From NCBI RefSeq assembly GCF_001194135.2, contig NC_069000.1, positions 28,287,823 to 28,351,822 of the forward strand: a stretch of 64,000 bases of DNA, read 5' to 3'. The translations under genes were made by a program, and so were the position numbers. Every line of letters begins with the position of its first letter. The stretch's first letter is position 1. Under the pieces are notes generated by a model. That model worked only from the letters and a program-made list of their open reading frames with translations. It did not search any database and was not told the DNA's origin. Positions 60,142 to 64,000 of this stretch are shown piece after piece. The stretch comes from Octopus bimaculoides. Lineage: Eukaryota.

Positions 60142-62199
60142 AAATGGTGTGAGATGATGATGAACTATTATCTAAGTAGTGTTAAAACATGGAGGGTACA
60201 TAAACTCAATGCTGAACTTTATGCTAATATACTTACAAAGTGGTTATATTAGATAGTAGCCATCTGAGTGTGGCTTGTTATCATTTGATGGCAAATAACA
60301 CCGTTTCAAGGCCAGTATGTGCTTATTTTAATTAGCTTTTCCTTTCCAGTATATATCTGCTGATCATAAAGAGTCTTGGTATTTAAGAGTAGGAGATATT
60401 GGGTGAAATATCAGTTAATATACCTATGATCAGGCACCTTTTGTACTAGATTAAAGGAGCCAGTTGCCTTTATTATTATTATTTACATGTAAAAAAATGA
60501 ATGAAGGATACTGTTTGAAACAGCATTTGTTATTAGGTAAATTAGATCATAGAAAATCATCCTCATCATCACCAATTTGTCTTTATCCTTTGCCATGGAT
60601 TAGTTGGTATAAAATATCACATGCACTTCACTAGATGTGCATTAATGAGCATTCAAACATAGGTTTAAATGAAGAAAGCAGTAATTTTGTTTCTGTGTGT
60701 TGTTGCTTGTTTTCATTAGACTGTTGTGAAAATTTAGCATGAATATTTTACAGGTGAATGTTATCATCCTTGTCAACATCTTTATTTTAACATTCATTTT
60801 TTTCCATGTTGATATGAGTTGCAAAAGTCTGATATGTAGCAGCTCTTCATCATCTTGTTCCTGTATTATTTTATTTTTAGATCTGTCCTAATTATTGCTC
60901 TCCAGTTTTACCATTGTTTAACTCTTTAATGACTATATTTTTAATATGATACACTACCTCTGTGTTGTAATTAATTATCATAATTAAAATGAAAATATAC
61001 TCAAATTTGGAAGGATTTAATTAAAGAACTTACTATCAAACTGATATTTGGAATATAACTTGAAGTGTTTATATAAAATTGTAATGGAAAGTCTTAATTT
61101 CAAATGGGCAGTTTAAACCAAGAGTTTTCCAAAAATATAACCAAAAGATGTCTTAGGTGGATTTGTGTTAAAATAGTTAACTTTGATGCAACTAGCCTTT
61201 CACCATCAATTGCTTGGCCATTCAGTCAGCATACCTCATCATCATTATGGGTCTGTGCAGCTATCTTCTTAGGTGTGGAGTAGACATCTTATTCAAATGT
61301 ATATCGCATTTTATTTGTGCAATGTAGACATGTGTAAATGGCAAGAAAATGCAGTTAGTTGATAATGGGAGTAAGGCTGAACTTAAGCAAATTACTCCTT
61401 AGGGACCCAAAATCTGAACAAAACTTTCAAAAATCACTATTTTTTCATTTATTGCAGTTTTATAATTTATATTCAATGATTCTTTACAAATAACCTAATT
61501 AACATTAACATACTACACCAATTTATTTTTTTAAATATCATTATTACACAAGTTTTTATAATTATGATTTACTATATTCCCTTATATGTAAATGTTTGTT
61601 TATTGATTGAAGTGAATCATTTATACCTATCATGACTTTATTATGTATTTTGGCTACATATATGCCAAGTTCAGTTCTTACACAACTTTATTTACTATTA
61701 AATACTGGAGCTTACCATGTCTGAATCCAGTCCTGAGGGGAAGTTAGTATGTTCTCTACAGCATAACCTAGTAAATACTGAACTGGGAATGAAACAACAT
61801 TCCTTTTCACCTAGCTTGTCTAACATTAGGAACACAATGAAAAATCTATGGTGTTTGAAATTTCCTGCTTTACTTAACTCTATTGTTATTATTCTGAAGA
61901 ATTGTTGACCATGCTAAATGTTGCTTGCGTTAGAGAAGAAAGTATTAACTTTGTGTATGCAGATCGACAATCTGTGTATCATGCATGGTTTGCTTTATTT
62001 TCACAGATAATGTTTCTGCCACTTATTTCTGTGAGTACTTTGACACTGAGCTGCACTAATTCCATGAACTTCAACTCACAGATTTGGGAGGGAATTTAAT
62101 GCTTTAAACATGTGTATGTGTACACACACACACACGCACACACACACACACACATGCACACACATGTATATATATATGTCTATGTGTATATATATATCA

Positions 62200-62232
<33 letters not shown>

Positions 62233-62377
62233 CTTTTCATAAAAAGCGTTTACTTTTTTTGATTTCCAATGTGCATTTTCGCTTATTTTTCTTCTTTGCC
62301 CTTACATTTCCACGTGTAGTTTCTATTTTGTTTTTGTAACATACTTCTATTGTATTTCACTACATGTGAGATTGAAA

Positions 62378-63806
62378 ATGTCACAAACACCAAACTCTAC
62401 AGTTAAAACTCTCAACGAAGGGACTCTTAAGGAACTGAATGAGATCAACATGAATTTAAGACTTTTAATTAGCAAACTAAAATTCTACCAAGAGGTTTAG
62501 AGTTTACTCCAACCCCTCACAGATCGAACCCGAATGAAATTAAGGATAACACTATGGATTTCTGCCGAAAATTACACCTCACAGAAGCACTTCACAACTA
62601 CACTAACGAAGATGTGTGAATAGTAAAAAACAAAAGTGAATACTGTCCTACAAAAATCAGAAATAAAGCACTTGATGCTTTTTGTGAACACATTACCAGT
62701 TTTCCTTTTAATACCCTACAAAAACAACGAATTAAGTCCTACCATACTGTAAATGAATGGAAATCGAGTTAAAAAATGATATAAACCTCACCATTAAAGA
62801 AGCCGACAAAGGAAGTGCGGTAGTGGTGATGGACACACAGTGTTACAAAAAGTTAATACTCTCCATGTTGGAAAATAATATTTACTATGAGAGGATAGTA
62901 CAATACAACCCACAGAAGACACTTAAAAACTTATCTTCTTTACTTCAAATACATGGAAAGGGCCTCACTAAACATGAAATTGACTATTTATCCAATTTTA
63001 AATACAGACTTAGTCTATTCTATGGATTACCCAAAATACACAAAAATCCACATATTTGTAAAGCTTGAAAAGTTTCTCCAAGCCTATGCATTAATGTTCC
63101 TCCCCCTACTGACCTCAAACTGAGACCCATCATTGCTGCCCCTGCTTGTGAAACCCACCGTTTGAGCAACTTCCTCAACATCTTACTCAGACCATTTCTA
63201 AAATATGTGAAAAGCTTCATCAGGGATGACTTAGACATGCTTATCCACCTCCCGAAGACAATAAATGAAGGAACCCTGTTAGCATCATTCAATGTGGTGA
63301 ATTTGTACACCAATATCCCATACGATTATGGTATAGAAGCGATCACCTTCTGGCTAGAAAAATACCCACAAGAGATCCCAGGATGTATCAACCACAGATT
63401 CATAATCACAGCACTCAAATTCATCCTACTGAACAACTACTTCATGTTCAATACACTTTACTATCGACAAAATTGTGGAATTGCAATGGGAACCCGAGCT
63501 GCTCCAGTGATTGCGAACCTTGTAATGGGTTACTTAGAGCTTAAAATATATCAGTCATCACTACAAAAATGTGGCACCTCATTTCATTGCTATTTAAAGG
63601 AGAACTGGAATAGGTATCTGGACAATTGCTTTATACTTTGGAAAAACAGCATGGACAAACTCCTCAATTTCAAAATGATGCTTAACAATATTAATAGCAA
63701 CATACAATTCACCATGGAACACAGCAATAAACAACTCCCTTTTCTTGACATCCTAATTAAAATAGTCAATAACCACATCGAAACAGACATCTTCTATAAA
63801 CCCACA
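62378..63806 (+). mobile_element. Penelope-like element RT (frameshifted), truncated by a LINE
   Basis: RGLEFTPTP..DFCRKLHL; IKEADKGSAVVVMD; FYGLPKIHK; LRPIIAA; SFNVVNLYTNIP; NYFMFN..YRQNCGIAMGTRAAPVIANL; RYLDNCF; IQFTME..LPFLDILI..TDIFYKPT. Confidence 0.92.
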
Positions 63807-64000
63807 GGAAAAGAGCTAAATTAAAACTAACACTGTTAGAAATAGAAAACAAGATCAAACTCTCCCATGAAAAGGAGAGAGCAGAGAAGGAGAAGAGAGC
63901 AGTAGAAAGCATAAAAACAAACCCCAAGGCTTTCTATAGATTTGCAAGAGAGACAGCTACGGCACAGTATAAAATAGGACCCCTATTCCTGCCTAATGGC
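63807..64000 (+). mobile_element. 5'-truncated CR1-like LINE, running off the window
   Basis: KLKLTLLEIENKIKLSHEKERAEKEKRAVESIKTNPKAFYRFARETATAQYKIGPL is homologous to 49547-49759 (TLMEIEKRLQQSY..IKSNPKAFFHYAKETA). Confidence 0.8.

Noticed and set aside
61717-62099. ORFs MSESSPEGKLV... and MLTMLNVACVREES... as RALBP1 downstream exons
   Set aside because: No similarity to the RhoGAP or Ral-binding regions; short chance ORFs in AT-rich DNA.
1-64000. tRNA, rRNA, CRISPR or prokaryotic operon features
   Set aside because: None seen; the tRNA-like A/B boxes belong to decayed SINE heads and do not fold into cloverleaves.

Overview
AT-rich, gap-containing animal genomic DNA. The repeat repertoire (GAT-tailed RTE LINEs, tRNA-type SINEs, dense TA/CA microsatellites) points to an octopus or other coleoid cephalopod; this is an inference. 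The only host gene I can support is RALBP1 (Rlip/RLIP76) on the + strand. Three phase-compatible coding exons (33999-34080, 35678-35828, 39174-39246) give MSYESADGHDKDFPGLYRPSTGIDSASIGEDDNERQSKKK...KGYMMFEEEDSEEE...KSPSKIKRPTFRFPKK...; its RhoGAP exons were not found in the window. The rest is a mosaic of transposon relics: Helitron Rep, RTE, CR1-like, R4/Dong-like, CRE, Penelope-like elements (PLE), mariner, maT-like DD37D elements, MITEs and SINEs. The most striking signal is invisible in the ORF track: about a dozen type I hammerhead ribozyme (HHR)-like motifs. Two look catalytically intact (44451-44542 minus; 59163-59217 plus). Several sit, facing outward, in the arms of ORF-less foldback elements (6586-7050, 40885-44218, 44918-45158, 53208-53714), so each ribozyme is transcribed after a (partial or full) antisense copy of itself. 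Coordinates were counted by hand: exon and HHR limits should be within a few nt, and transposon limits are approximate. No database searches were run.
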